From Octopus sinensis (Eukaryota), in contig NW_021833910.1 in NCBI RefSeq assembly GCF_006345805.1, positions 1 through 52,851 of the forward strand: 52,851 bases of DNA, written 5' to 3'. The notes under the pieces are model-generated. The model worked only from the letters and a program-made list of their open reading frames with translations. It did no database searches and had not been told where the DNA came from. Positions 11,401 through 26,315 of this stretch are shown here, in pieces (position 1 is the first letter of the stretch; each line of letters begins with the position of its first letter). Made by a program: the position numbers and the translations under genes.

Positions 11401-14400
11401 TACATGTCACCGGCACGGAAGCCAGTCGAGGCGGCATTGGCATCAGCCACGTTCGGATTGTGCTTTTTACATGTCACCGGCACGGAAGCCAGTCGAGGCG
11501 GCATTGGCATCAGCCACGTTCGGATTGTGCTTTTTACATGTCACCGGCACGGAAGCCAGTCGAGGCGGCATTGGCATCAGCCACGTTCGGATTGTGCTTT
11601 TTACATGTCACCGGCACGGAAGCCAGTCGAGGCGGCATTGGCATCAGCCACGTTCGGATTGTGCTTTTTACATGTCACCGGCACGGAAGCCAGTCGAGGC
11701 GGCGGCATTGGCATCAGCCACGTTCGGATTGTGCTTTTTACATGTCACCGGCACGGAAGCCAGTCGAGGCGGCATTGGCATCAGCCACGTTCGGATTGTG
11801 CTTTTTACATGTCACCGGCACGGAAGCCAGTCGAGGCGGCATTGGCATCAGCCACGTTCGGATTGTGCTTTTTACATGCCACCGGCACGGAAGCCAGTCG
11901 AGGCGGCATTGGCATCAGCCACGTTCGGATTGTGCTTTTTACATGCCACCGGCACGGAAGCCAGTCGAGGCGGCATTGGCATCAGCCACTTTGATTGTGC
12001 TTTTTACATGCCACCGGCACGGAAGCCAGTCGAGGCGGCATTGGCATCAGCCACGTTCGGATTGTGCTTTTTACATGTCACCGGCACGGAAGCCAGTCGA
12101 GGCGGCATTGGCATCAGCCACGTTCGGATTGTGCTTTTTACATGTCACCGGCACGGAAGCCAGTCGAGGCGGCATTGGCATCAGCCACGTTCGGATTGTG
12201 CTTTTTACATGCCACCGGCACGGAAGCCAGTCGAGGCGGCATTGGCATCAGCCACGTTCGGATTGTGCTTTTTACATGCCACCGGCACGGAAGCCAGTCG
12301 AGGCGGCATTGGCATCAGCCACTTTTGGATTGTGCTTTTTACATGCCACCGGCACGGAAGCCAGTCGAGGCGGCATTGGCATCAGCCACGTTCGGATTGT
12401 GCTTTTTACATGCCACCGGCACGGAAGCCAGTCGAGGCGGCATTGGCATCAGCCACGTTCGGATTGTGCTTTTTACATGCCACCGGCACGGAAGCCAGTC
12501 GAGGCGGCATTGGCATCAGCCACTTTTGGATTGTGCTTTTTACATGCCACCGGCACGGAAGCCAGTCGAGGCGGCATTGGCATCAGCCACGTTCGGATTG
12601 TGCTTTTTACATGCCACCGGCACGGAAGCCAGTCGAGGCGGCGGCATTGGCATCAGCCACGTTCGGATTGTGCTTTTTACATGCCACCGGCACGGAAGCC
12701 AGTCGAGGCGGCATTGGCATCAGCCACGTTCGGATTGTGCTTTTTACATGCCACCGGCACGGAAGCCAGTCGAGGCGGCATTGGCATCAGCCACGTTCGG
12801 ATTGTGCTTTTTACATGCCACCGGCACGGAAGCCAGTCGAGGCGGCATTGGCATCAGCCACGTTCGGATTGTGCTTTTTACATGCCACCGGCACGGAAGC
12901 CAGTCGAGGCGGCATTGGCATCAGCCACGTTCGGATTGTGCTTTTACATGCCACCGGCACGGAAGCCAGTCGAGGCGGCATTGGCATCAGCCACGTTCGG
13001 ATTGTGCTTTTTACATGCCACCGGCACGGAAGCCAGTCGAGGCGGCATTGGCATCAGCCACGTTCGGATTGTGCTTTTTACATGCCACCGGCACGGAAGC
13101 CAGTCGAGGCGGCATTGGCATCAGCCACGTTCGGATTGTGCTTTTTACATGCCACCGGCACGGAAGCCAGTCGAGGCGGCATTGGCATCAGCCACGTTCG
13201 GATTGTGCTTTTTACATGCCACCGGCACGGAAGCCAGTCGAGGCGGCATTGGCATCAGCCACGTTGGATTGTGCTTTTTACATGTCACCGGCACGGAAGC
13301 CAGTCGAGGCGGCATTGGCATCAGCCACGTTCGGATTGTGCTTTTTACATGCCACGGCACGGAAGCCAGTCGAGGCGCATTGGCATCAGCCACGTTCGGA
13401 TTGTGCTTTTTACATGCCACCGGCACGGAAGCCAGTCGAGGCGGCATTGGCATCAGCCACTTTCGGATTGTGCTTTTTACATGCCACCGGCACGGAAGCC
13501 AGTCGAGGCGGCATTGGCATCAGCCACTTTTGGATTGTGCTTTTTACATGTCACCGGCACGGAAGCCAGTCGAGGCGGCATTGGCATCAGCCACGTCGGA
13601 TTGTGCTTTTTACATGCCACCGGCACGGAAGCCAGTCGAGGCGGCATTGGCATCAGCCACTTTTGGATTGTGCTTTTTACATGTCACCGGCACGGAAGCC
13701 AGTCGAGGCGGCATTGGCATCAGCCACGTTCGGATTGTGCTTTTTACATGCCACCGGCACGGAAGCCAGTCGAGGCGGCATTGGCATCAGCCACGTTCGG
13801 ATTGTGCTTTTTACATGCCACCGGCACGGAAGCCAGTCGAGGCGGCATTGGCATCAGCCACGTTCGGATTGTGCTTTTTAATGCCACCGGCACGGAAGCC
13901 AGTCGAGGCGGCATTGGCATCAGCCACGTTCGGATTGTGCTTTTTACATGTCACCGGCACGGAAGCCAGTCGAGGCGGCATTGGCATCAGCCACGTTGGA
14001 TTGTGCTTTTTACATGCACCGGCACGGAAGCCAGTCGAGGCGGCATTGGCATCAGCCACGTTCGGATTGTGCTTTTTACATGTCACCGGCACGGAAGCCA
14101 GTCGAGGCGGCATTGGCATCAGCCACGTTCGGATTGTGCTTTTTACATGCCACCGCACGGAAGCCAGTCGAGGCGGCATTGGCATCAGCCACGTTCGGAT
14201 TGTGCTTTTTACATGCCACCGGCACGGAAGCCAGTCGAGGCGGCATTGGCATCAGCCACGTTCGGATTGTGCTTTTACATGCCACCGGCACGGAAGCCAG
14301 TCGAGGCGGCATTGGCATCAGCCACGTTCGGATTGTGCTTTTTACATGCCACCGGCACGGAAGCCAGTCGAGGCGGCATTGGCATCAGCCACGTTCGGAT

Positions 14401-17400
14401 TGTGCTTTTTACATGCCACCGGCACGGAAGCCAGTCGAGGCGGCATTGGCATCAGCCACTTTCGGATTGTGCTTTTTACATGCCACCGGCACGGAAGCCA
14501 GTCGGGCGGCATTGGCATCAGCCACGTTCGGATTGTGCTTTTTACATGTCACCGGCACGGAAGCCAGTCGAGGCGGCATTGGCATCAGCCACGTTCGGAT
14601 TGTGCTTTTTACATGCCACCGGCACGGAAGCCAGTCGAGGCGGCATTGGCATCAGCCACGTTCGGATTGTGCTTTTTACATGCCACCGGCACGGAAGCCA
14701 GTCGAGGCGGCATTGGCATCAGCCACGTTCGGATTGTGCTTTTTACATGCCACCGGCACGGAAGCCAGTCGAGGCGGCATTGGCATCAGCCACGTTCGGA
14801 TTGTGCTTTTTACATGCCACCGGCACGGAAGCCAGTCGAGGCGGCATTGGCATCAGCCACGTTTGGATTGTGCTTTTTACATGCCACCGGCACGGAAGCC
14901 AGTCGAGGCGGCATTGGCATCAGCCACGTTCGGATTGTGCTTTTTACATGCCCCGGCACGGAAGCCAGTCGAGGCGGCATTGGCATCAGCCACGTTCGGA
15001 TTGTGCTTTTTACATGCCACCGGCACGGAAGCCAGTCGAGGCGGCATTGGCATCAGCCACGTTCGGATTGTGCTTTTTACATGCCACCGGCACGGAAGCC
15101 AGTCGAGGCGACATTGGCATCAGCCACGTTCGGATTGTGCTTTTTACATGCCACCGCACGGAAGCCAGTCGAGGCGGCATTGGCATCAGCCACGTTCGGA
15201 TTGTGCTTTTTACATGCCACCGGCACGGAAGCCAGTCGAGGCGGCATTGGCATCAGCCACGTTCGGATTGTGCTTTTTACATGCCACCGGCACGGAAGCC
15301 AGTCGAGGCGGCATTGGCATCAGCCACGTTCGGATTGTGCTTTTTACATGCCACCGGCACGGAAGCCAGTCGAGGCGGCATTGGCATCAGCCACGTTCGG
15401 ATTGTGCTTTTTACATGCCACCGGCACGGAAGCCAGTCGAGGCGGCATTGGCATCAGCCACGTTTGGATTGTGCTTTTTACATGCCACCGGCACGGAAGC
15501 CAGTCGAGGCGGCATTGGCATCAGCCACGTTCGGATTGTGCTTTTTACATGCCACCGGCACGGAAGCCAGTCGAGGCGGCATTGGCATCAGCCACGTTCG
15601 GATTGTGCTTTTTACATGCCACCGGCACGGAAGCCAGTCGAGGCGGCATTGGCATCAGCCACGTTCGGATTGTGCTTTTTACATGCCACCGACACGGAAG
15701 CCAGTCGAGGCGACATTGGCATCAGCCACGTTCGGATTGTGCTTTTTACATGCCACCGGCACGGAAGCCAGTCGAGGCGGCATTGGCATCAGCCACGTTC
15801 GGATTGTGCTTTTTACATGCCACCGGCACGGAAGCCAGTCGAGGCGGCATTGCATCAGCCACGTTCGGATTGTGCTTTTTACATGCCACCGGCACGGAAG
15901 CCAGTCGAGGCGGCATTGGCATCAGCCACGTTCGGATTGTGCTTTTTACATGCCACCGGCACGGAAGCCAGTCGAGGCGGCATTGGCATCAGCCACGTTC
16001 GGATTGTGCTTTTTACATGCCACCGGCACGGAAGCCAGTCGAGGCGGCATTGGCATCAGCCACGTCGGATTGTGCTTTTTACATGCCACCGGCACGGAAG
16101 CCAGTCGAGGCGGCATTGGCATCAGCCACGTTCGGATTGTGCTTTTTACATGCCACCGACACGGAAGCCAGTCGAGGCGACATTGGCATCAGCCACGTTC
16201 GGATTGTGCTTTTTACATGCCACCGGCACGGAAGCCAGTCGAGGCGGCATTGGCATCAGCCACGTTCGGATTGTGCTTTTTACATGCCACGGCACGGAAG
16301 CCAGTCGAGGCGGCATTGGCATCAGCCACGTTCGGATTGTGCTTTTTACATGCCACCGGCACGGAAGCCAGTCGAGGCGGCATTGGCATCAGCCACGTTC
16401 GGATTGTGCTTTTTACATGCCACCGGCACGGAAGCCAGTCGAGGCGGCATTGGCATCAGCCACGTTCGGATTGTGCTTTTTACATGCCACCGGCACGGAA
16501 GCCAGTCGAGGCGGCATTGGCATCAGCCACGTTCGGATTGTGCTTTTTACATGCCACCGGCACGGAAGCCAGTCGAGGCGCATTGGCATCAGCCACGTTC
16601 GGATTGTGCTTTTACATGCCACCGGCACGGAAGCCAGTCGAGGCGGCATTGGCATCAGCCACTTTCGGATTGTGCTTTTTACATGTCACCGGCACGGAAG
16701 CCAGTCGAGGCGGCATTGGCATCAGCCACGTTCGGATTGTGCTTTTTACATGCCACCGGCACGGAAGCCAGTCGAGGCGGCATTGGCATCAGCCACGTTC
16801 GGATTGTGCTTTTTACATGCCACCGGCACGGAAGCCAGTCGAGGCGCATGCGGCATTGGCATCAGCCACGTTCGGATTGTGCTTTTTACATGCCACCGGC
16901 ACGGAAGCCAGTCGAGGCGGCATTGGCATCAGCCACGTTCGGATTGTGCTTTTTACATGCCACCGGCACGGAAGCCAGTCGACGCGGCGGCATTGGCATC
17001 AGCCACGTTCGGATTGTGCTTTTTACATGCCACCGGCACGGAAGCCAGTCGAGGCGGCATTGGCATCAGCCACGTTCGGATTGTGCTTTTACATGCCACC
17101 GGCACGGAAGCCAGTCGAGGCGGCATTGGCATCAGCCACGTTCGGATTGTGCTTTTTACATGCCACCGGCACGGAAGCCAGTCGAGGCGGCATTGGCATC
17201 AGCCACGTTCGGATTGTGCTTTTTACATGCCACCGGCACGGAAGCCAGTCGAGGCGGCATTGGCATCAGCCACGTTCGGATTGTGCTTTTTACATGCCAC
17301 CGGCACGGAAGCCAGTCGAGGCGGCATTGGCATCAGCCACGTTCGGATTGTGCTTTTTACATGCCACCGGCACGGAAGCCAGTCGAGGCGGCATTGGCAT

Positions 17401-17440
17401 CAGCCACGTTCGGATTGTGCTTTTTACATGTCACCGGCAT
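5401..17440 (-). mobile_element. Family C retroposon whose internal VNTR expanded into an 11.7-kb satellite
   Basis: (CAT)n tail and family C body at 5401-5690 run directly into the 67-bp array. Confidence 0.8.
5692..17436. repeat. 67-bp tandem satellite, about 175 copies
   Basis: Unit ccggcacggaagccagtcgaggcggcattggcatcagccacgttcggattgtgctttttacatgcca. Period measured from ctttttacat at 5701 and 5768. Near-identical copies with no spacers. Confidence 0.97.
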
Positions 17441-17479
17441 GGGGATCATCTGATTTTCAGTTTAACGTTGATGTACTTA

Positions 17480-17692
17480 GAGGGAAAGCTGAAAAGTTCC
17501 TGGTTGTGTATGAAAAAATTATAGGCGGATCTGTTAATTATGATTTTATCCAACATATATTCCCCTCTCAGATTCACACACTTATTGCAGGGACCCATCA
17601 GTTTTCTAAGCCCTGTACAAGAACTTAGAAGGTTGGGCTTCCAGCCAGGTCTTCTGTAAAACCCTTAAACCCAGGAACTTTTCAGTACCCTC
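17480..17692. mobile_element. Mariner-like MITE
   Basis: Imperfect TIRs: gagggaaagctgaaaagttcctgg on the left, ccaggaacttttcagtaccctc on the right. TA just left of the element. Confidence 0.6.
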
Positions 17693-17709
17693 CAATATAA
17701 TCTTCCCTC

Positions 17710-18062
17710 AGGCACAGGTGTGGCTGTGGTAAAAAGCTTGCTTCTCAACCACATGGTTGTGAGTTCAGTCCCACTGCATGGCACCTTGGGCAAGTTTCTT
17801 CTACAATAGCCCTGGGCCGACTAAAGCCTGTGAGTAGATTTGGTAGATGGGAACTGAAAAAGCCACATCATATATACATGTGTGTGTATTTATCCCCTGC
17901 TGCTATTTGATAACCAGTGTTGGTGTGTTTACATCCCTGTAACTTAGCAGTTCAGCAAAAGAGGCTAAAATAAGTACTGGGGTGGATTGATTCAACTAAA
18001 AACTTCAAGGTAGTGTCCCAGCATGGCCACAATCTAATGGTTGCAATAATTAAAAGATAAAA
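17710..18062 (+). mobile_element. Older diverged SINE family B-related copy
   Basis: ggcacaggtgtggctgtggta…ggttgtgagttcagtcccactgc…ggcaagtttcttctac; colinear with the adjacent young copy. Confidence 0.75.
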
Positions 18063-18078
18063 GTTGAAGAATTCTATA

Positions 18079-18486
18079 GGCGCAGGAGTGGCTGTGTGGT
18101 AAGTAGCTTGCTTACCAACCACATGGTTCCGGGTTCAGTCCCACTGCGTGGCATCTCGGGCAAGGGTCTTCTGCTATAGCCCCGGGCCAACCAATGCCTT
18201 GTGAGTGGATTTGGTAGACGGAAACTGAAAGAAGCCTGTCGTATATATGTATATATATATGTATTTGCGTGTGTGTTTGTGTGTCTGTGTTTGTCCCCCT
18301 AGCATTGCTTGACAACCGATGCTGGTGTGTTTACGTCCCCGTCACTTAGCGGTTCGGCAAAAGAGACCGATAGAAAAAGTACTGGGCTTACAAAAGAATA
18401 AGTCCCGGGGTCGAGTTGCTCAACTAAAGGCAGTGCTCCAGCATGGCCGCAGTCAAATGACTGAAACAAGTAAAAGAGTAAAAGAG
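18079..18486 (+). mobile_element. tRNA-derived SINE family B, full length
   Basis: tRNA-like head ggcgcaggagtggctgtgtggtaag…ggttccgggttcagtccc, internal TA/TG microsatellite, 3' end gaaacaagtaaaagagtaaaagag. Confidence 0.9.
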
Positions 18487-18559
18487 TATATGTATATATA
18501 TGTATATATATATATATATATGTATAAGGATGAAAAGGAACACACGAGTTATATATATA

Positions 18560-18830
18560 GGGATGGGTGGATGGATAGATGATAGAGAGAGAGAGAGAGA
18601 GGGAGAGAAAGAGAGCGATACATAGAAATATAGATAGATAGATAGACAGACAAACAGACAGACAGACAGGCAGATACATAGATCAGTAGATAGATAAATA
18701 AACAGGCAGATAGATAGACAGATAGATCGATAGATCGATAGATAGATAGGTAGATAGATAGTCATAGATAGATAGATAGATAGAGAGATAGATAGATACA
18801 TAGATAGATACATAGATAGATAGATAGATG

Positions 18831-18869
<39 letters not shown>

Positions 18870-18935
18870 GGATAGATAGATAGATAGATAGATAGAGAGA
18901 CGAATAGATGGATGGCTAGATACACAGACAGACAG
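18560..18935. repeat. (GA)n/(GATA)n/(GACA)n microsatellite
   Basis: Direct inspection. Confidence 0.95.
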
Positions 18936-19222
18936 ACACCAGCAACAAAACAACAACCACTACCACCACCACCACCACCACCATCATCATCATCATCGCC
19001 ATCGTCGTCATCACCACAACACCTACCACCACACGATGCTGTTACATCTGCTACTACTACGAATACACTGCACCGACCACAAACAGAGAAGTGCAACAAT
19101 GCAGAGCAGAGCCGTGCGACGCAACCAAGCGATCCAACATTCCTTTCGCCACACATCGCACTGCTACGCTGGCTGTCACACAGCTGCACACCGTCGCAGT
19201 GTTGAGTGCGCGAGCACATGCG

Positions 19223-19253
<31 letters not shown>

Positions 19254-19326
19254 CTGCTGCCGATTCGCGGAGAGAGAGAGAGCGAGAGATGGAACGATGC
19301 ACAAAAGAAGTGCACCAGCTTGACGC

Positions 19327-21112
19327 ATGATGGTGTTACTGCACCTCACTGCTACTACAACGGCAGCCTTAACATCCTTCTGTTCTTACCGTCTTGCCGC
19401 CACTACCTGTGCCGTTGCTGCTACTACTACTGTTCCATGTGCCACTGCCATCACCACCACAACTACTACTACTACTACTACTACTACCACATGTACTACA
19501 ACCAGGTCCACCACAACTACAACCACTATCACGTGTACCACAACCATCACCACTACTACTATTACTACTACTACATATACCACAACCGGCACAACTACTA
19601 CTACATATACCACAACCAGCACAACTACTACTACTACTAATACTGTCACATGTACCACAACCAGCAACACCACAACTACTACTACTACCACATGTACCAC
19701 AACTACTACTACTATCACATGTACCACAACCAGCAACACCACAACGACTACCACATGTACCACAACCAGCAACACCACAACTACTACCACATGTACCACA
19801 ACCTGCAACACCACAACGACTACCACATGTACCACAACCAGCAACACCACAACTACTAATACTACCACATGTTCCACAACCAGCAACACTACAACTACTA
19901 TTACTACTACCACATGTACCACAACCCGCTCCACTACAACTACTACTACTACCACATGTACCACAACCAGCTCCACTACTACTAATAATACTACCACATG
20001 TACCGCAACCAGCTCCACTACAACTATTACTACTACTACATATACCACAACCAGCACAACTACTACTAGTACTAATACTACCACATGTACCACAACCAGC
20101 AACACCACAACTACTATTACTACTACCACATGTAGCACAACCAGCACCACCACAACTACTACTACATATACCACAACTACAACCACTATCACGTGTACCA
20201 CAACCATCACTACTACTACTACTACTACTACTAGCACATGTAGCGCAACCAGCTCCACTACTACTACTACTACTACTACCACATGTAGCACAACCAGCAA
20301 CACCACAACTACTACTACTACCACATGTACCACAACCAACCACACCACAACTACTACTACTACTACCACATGTACCACAACCAGCCACACCACAGCTACT
20401 ATTACTACTACTACATATACCACAACCAGCACAACTACTACTACTACTAATACTACCACATGTACCACAACCAGCAACACCACAACGACTACTACTACTA
20501 CTACTACTACCACATGTAGCGCAACCAGCTCCACCACAACTACTACTACTACTACCACATGTACCACAACCAGCATCACCACAACTACTACTACATATAC
20601 CACAACCATCACCACCACAACCAGCACCACCACAACCAGCACCACCACAACCAGCAACCACTATCACGTGTACCACAACCATCACCACTACTACTACTAC
20701 TACTAGCACATGTACCACAACCATCACCATACTACTACTAGCACATGTACCACAACCATCACCACTACTACTACTACTACTAGCACATGTACCACAATCA
20801 TCACCACTACTACAACTACTGTTACATGTACCACAAACAGCAACACCACAACTACTACTACTACTACACATACTGCTGCCATTGACATCACTACTACTTT
20901 TCCATGTATCACCAACACTACTATTACTACAAATACTACCACCACCACCACCCCTATTACTGCTGCTACTATTCTATATACCACCATCACTTTGACCACT
21001 ACTGCTACTACTACTTCATGTACTGCCAGCACTATTACTACTACGATTACCACCACCACCACCACCACCACCACCACTACTGCTTCTCTGACACTACCAC
21101 AACTACAACCAT

Positions 21113-21144
<32 letters not shown>

Positions 21145-22955
21145 GTAGTGCTATTTACTACAAAAACTACCATCGCGACGAGCACCTGCTACTACAAGAA
21201 TAACAACTACAACACTACTACTACTACTACTACTATTATTACTTCTACTACTACCGCCACAACGACGATGGTCACGATAACCACCACCACCACCACAAAC
21301 ACTACTACTATTACTACTATTATTACTTCTACTACTACCACCACAACGACGATGATCACGATAACCACCACCACCACCACAAACACTACTACTATTACTA
21401 CTATTATTACTTCTACTACTACCACCACAACGACGATGATCACGATAACCACCACCACCACCACAAACACTACTACTATTACTACTATTATTACTTCTAC
21501 TACTACCACCACAACGACGATGGTCACGATAACCACCACCACCACCACAACCTCAACCACTACTACGATTACTACTATTATTACTTCTACTACTACTACC
21601 GCCACAACGACGATGGTCACGATAACCACCACCACACCACCACAACTCAACCACTACTACGATTACTACTATTATTACTTCTACTACTACCACCGCCACA
21701 CAACGACGATGGTCACGATAACCAACACCACCACCACCACAACCTCACCACTACTACTACGATTACTACTATTATTACTTCTACTTCTACTACTACCTAC
21801 CGCCACAACGACGATGGTCACGATAACCACCACCACCACACCACAAACACTACTACTATTACTACTATTATTACTTCTACTACTACCACCACCACAACGA
21901 CGATGGTCACGATAACCAACACCACCACCACCACAACCTCAACCACTACTACGATTACTACTATTATTACTTCTACTACTACCACCACAACGACGATGGT
22001 CACGATAACCAACACCACCACCACCACAACCTCAACCACTACTACGATTACTACTATTATTACTTCTACTACTACCGCCACAACGACGATGGTCACGATA
22101 ACCAACACCACCACCACCACAACCTCAACCACTACTACTATTACTACTATTATTACTTCTACTACTACCGCCACAACGACGATGGTCACGATAACCAATA
22201 CCACCACCACCACAACCTCAACCACTACTACGATTACTACTATTATTACTTCTACTACTACCGCCACAACGACGATGGTCACGATAACCACCACCACCAC
22301 CACAACCTCAACCACTACTACGATTACTACTATTATTACTTCTACTACTACCACCACAACGACGATGATCACGATAACCAACACCACCACCACCACAACC
22401 TCAACCACTACTACGATTACTACTATTATTACTTCTACTACTACCGCCACAACGACGATAGTCACGATAACCACCACCACCACCACCACAACCTCAACCA
22501 CTACTACGATTACTACTATTATTACTTCTACTACTACCGCCACAACGACAATGGTCACGATAACCACCACCACCACCACAAACACTACTACTATTACTAC
22601 TATTATTACTTCTACTACTACCGCCACAACGACGATGGTCACGATAACCACCACCACCACCACCAACACCACCACCACCACCACCAACACCACCACCACC
22701 ACCACCACCACCGCCACCACTACTACTATTACTACTACTATCATAACGGCAGCTCACACCCACATTGCTGCTGCTGCTGCTGAGACCACTGCTGCTGCTG
22801 CTGCCTCCCACACGTCCACTTCAGCCGAATGCACAGCTGCTGCTCCTGTTCCTCCGTTCACCATTGCCGCCACCACCGCCACTACTACCACGTCCTGCGC
22901 TGCCGCCAGAACTACAATGTTGAAGCACTATGTGACTTACATATCAGCAATGTAG
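19327..22955 (+). repeat. ACN-triplet (Thr-codon) minisatellite; possible mucin-like low-complexity exon
   Basis: Two higher-order domains: ~36-45-bp Cys-containing units (TTTTCTTTSN) at 19480-20850 and ~80-90-bp units (TTTTSTTTTITTIITSTTTATTTMVTIT) at 21230-22650. The Thr frame shifts several times. Coding status is unproven. Confidence 0.85.
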
Positions 22956-23080
22956 GGTTTCTGGTTGTATACACATACGCATGCACATACATACATACAT
23001 ACATACATACATACGGATGTATATACATTTATGTGTGAGTGTGTTTGAGTACTTATGTATATATGTGTGTTTGTATGTGC

Positions 23081-23118
<38 letters not shown>

Positions 23119-23219
23119 AAAATGTTTTAGCCCGAAGGCCGCGGCCATGCTGGGGTACCACCGTTGTATATATATATATATATATATATATATGATACAT
23201 AGTTGGACGGACAGACAGA

Positions 23220-23990
<771 letters not shown>

Positions 23991-24212
23991 ATGCTAACAG
24001 ACAGGCAGGCAGTAAGAAAGACAAAGCGACAAACAGATTGTTATATATACTGTTGTGCATATTATCTATAAAAGGAATTATTCCAAGCCTGACTAAAGAA
24101 TACAATACCTCAAGTCGGTGAATTTAATGTAAATACTGCGAGATGACAGTCAGTCACCACAAAAGTGCAGTAGCTTCTTACCTCACCTACAAACTGGCCA
24201 AGCCAATTTCCG

Positions 24213-24610
24213 CGGCTGTGTGGTAAGAAGCTTGCTTCCCAACCACATGGTTCTGGGTTCAATCCCACCGCGTGGCACCTCGGGGAAAGTGTCTTCTTCT
24301 ACTCTAGCCTCAGGCTGGCCAAAGCCTTGGGAGTGGATTTGGTAGACGGAAAACTGAAAGAAGCCCGTCGTATATATGTGTAGTTATGTGTGTGTGTGCG
24401 TGTATGTTTGTGTGTCTGTGTTTGTCCCCCCAGCATTGCTTGACAACCGATGCTGGTGTGTTTATGTCCACATCACTTAGCGGTTCAGCAAAAGAGACCG
24501 ATAGAATAAGTACTGGGCTTACTAAGAATAAGTTCCGGGGTCGAGTTGCTCGACTAAAGGCGGTGCTCCAGCATGGCCGCAGTCAAATGACTGAAACAAG
24601 TAAAAGAGTA
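24213..24610 (+). mobile_element. SINE family B
   Basis: Colinear with 18079-18486. Confidence 0.9.
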
Positions 24611-24660
24611 AATATTCATATATATAAATGTCGTGTGTGTATATATATATATATATATAT

Positions 24661-24857
24661 TCCTTTACTACCCACAAGGGGCTAAACATAGAGGGGACAA
24701 ACAAGGACAGACAAAGGGATTAAGTCGATTACATCGACCCCAGTGCGTAACTGGTACTTAATTTATCAACCCCGGAAGGATGAAAGGCAAAGTCAACCTC
24801 GGCGGAATTTGAACTCGGAACGTAATGGCAGACGAAATACGGCTACGCATTTCGCCC
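24661..24857 (-). mobile_element. SINE family A, 5'-truncated
   Basis: ttcctttactacccacaaggggctaaac…ggcagacgaaatacggctacgcatttcgcccggc. Confidence 0.9.
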
Positions 24858-25245
24858 GGCATACACATACATATACACATTGAAATACCTACATATATAC
24901 ATACTGATATACACTTATATCTACACACACACATATATATATGCATATTTTGTATCACACACACATACATTCATACACATATATACATAAATATATAAGT
25001 ATATGCAGACATATACATACATTCATACGCATATTTACATAAATATATACATGTTTATATGTAATTACATATATACATACATATATGTATGTAGATATAT
25101 ATATACATATACACACATTTATATATGGCCACACAGTCTAATAACAAAAACAAGAGGAACATAAAAAATAAAATAAATATATATATATTTTTTTATCTTA
25201 GTTATATAGTATATATATATATCATCATCATTATCATATATATAC

Positions 25246-25335
<90 letters not shown>

Positions 25336-25605
25336 ATATATAATATATATATATACACATATATATATATATATACATACATATATGATAGTAATTAATA
25401 AATGGATCTGTTGGCTTGGGAAATGTACAGTGTTCTAGTTACGTTGATCAACAGAAGCGGCCAGTAATTGAATTCCAGTGAAGAGGCTGTCTGTTCTACA
25501 GACACGTGTAGCTTTCACATAATGCTTTAGCAGAACAAGCATGGCACGTACATGTATGTATTAATGGATGTATGTGTGTGGATATGTATATATATGTCTC
25601 TTTTG

Positions 25606-26315
25606 CTCTCTTTTACTCTTTTACTTGTTTCAGTCATTTGACTGCGGCCATGCTGGAGCACCGCCTTTAGTCGAGCAACTCGACCACGGGACTTATTCTT
25701 TTGTAAGCCCAGTACTTATTCTATCAGTCTCTTTTGCCGAACCGCTAAGTGACAGGGATGTAAACATACCAGCATCGGTTGTCAAGCAATGCTAGGGGGA
25801 CAAACACAGACATACAAATACATGCCTTTAGTCGAGCAAATTGACCCCAGGACTTATTCTTTGTAAGCCCAGGACTTATTCTATCGGTCTCTTTTGCCGA
25901 ACCGCTAAGTGACAGGGACGTAAACACACCAGCATCGGTTGTCAAGCAATGCTAGGGGGACAAACACAGACATACAAATACATGCCTTTAGTCGAGCAAA
26001 TTGACCCCAGGACTTATTCTTTGTAAACCCAGTACTTATTCTATCGGTCTCTTTTGCCAAACCGCTAAGTGACGGGGACGTAAACACACCAGCATCGGTT
26101 GTCAAGCAATGCTAGGGGGACAAACACAAACACACAAACACACACATATATATATACATATATACGACAGGCTTCTTTCAATTTCCGCCTACCAAATCCA
26201 CTCACAAGGCTTTGGTCAGCCCGAGGCTATAGTAGAAGACACTTGCCCAAGGTGCGATGCAGTGGGACTGAACCCAGAACCATGTGGTTGGTAAGCAAGC
26301 TACTTACCACACAGC
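25606..26315 (-). mobile_element. SINE family B with its 3' 160-bp segment triplicated
   Basis: gcctttagtcgagca recurs at 25663, 25824 and 25984. One 5' half follows at about 26165-26315. Confidence 0.9.

Noticed and set aside
5692-17436. CRISPR array
   Set aside because: Units are contiguous with no unique spacers, there are no cas genes, and the context is eukaryotic. The same applies to the 26-bp array at 37306.
5353-17628. Giant ORFs of 1226-3984 aa as a real repeat-protein gene
   Set aside because: They are open in all three frames only because the 67-bp unit lacks stop triplets. Indels shift frames freely, the unit derives from a retroposon UTR-like VNTR, and there are no unique domains.
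19369-20871. Ser/Gly/Cys-rich minus-strand ORF resembling keratin-associated or cuticle proteins
   Set aside because: It is the antisense reading of the ACN repeat, and the same frame hits TGA stops in the second domain (ggttgaggt). There is no independent support.
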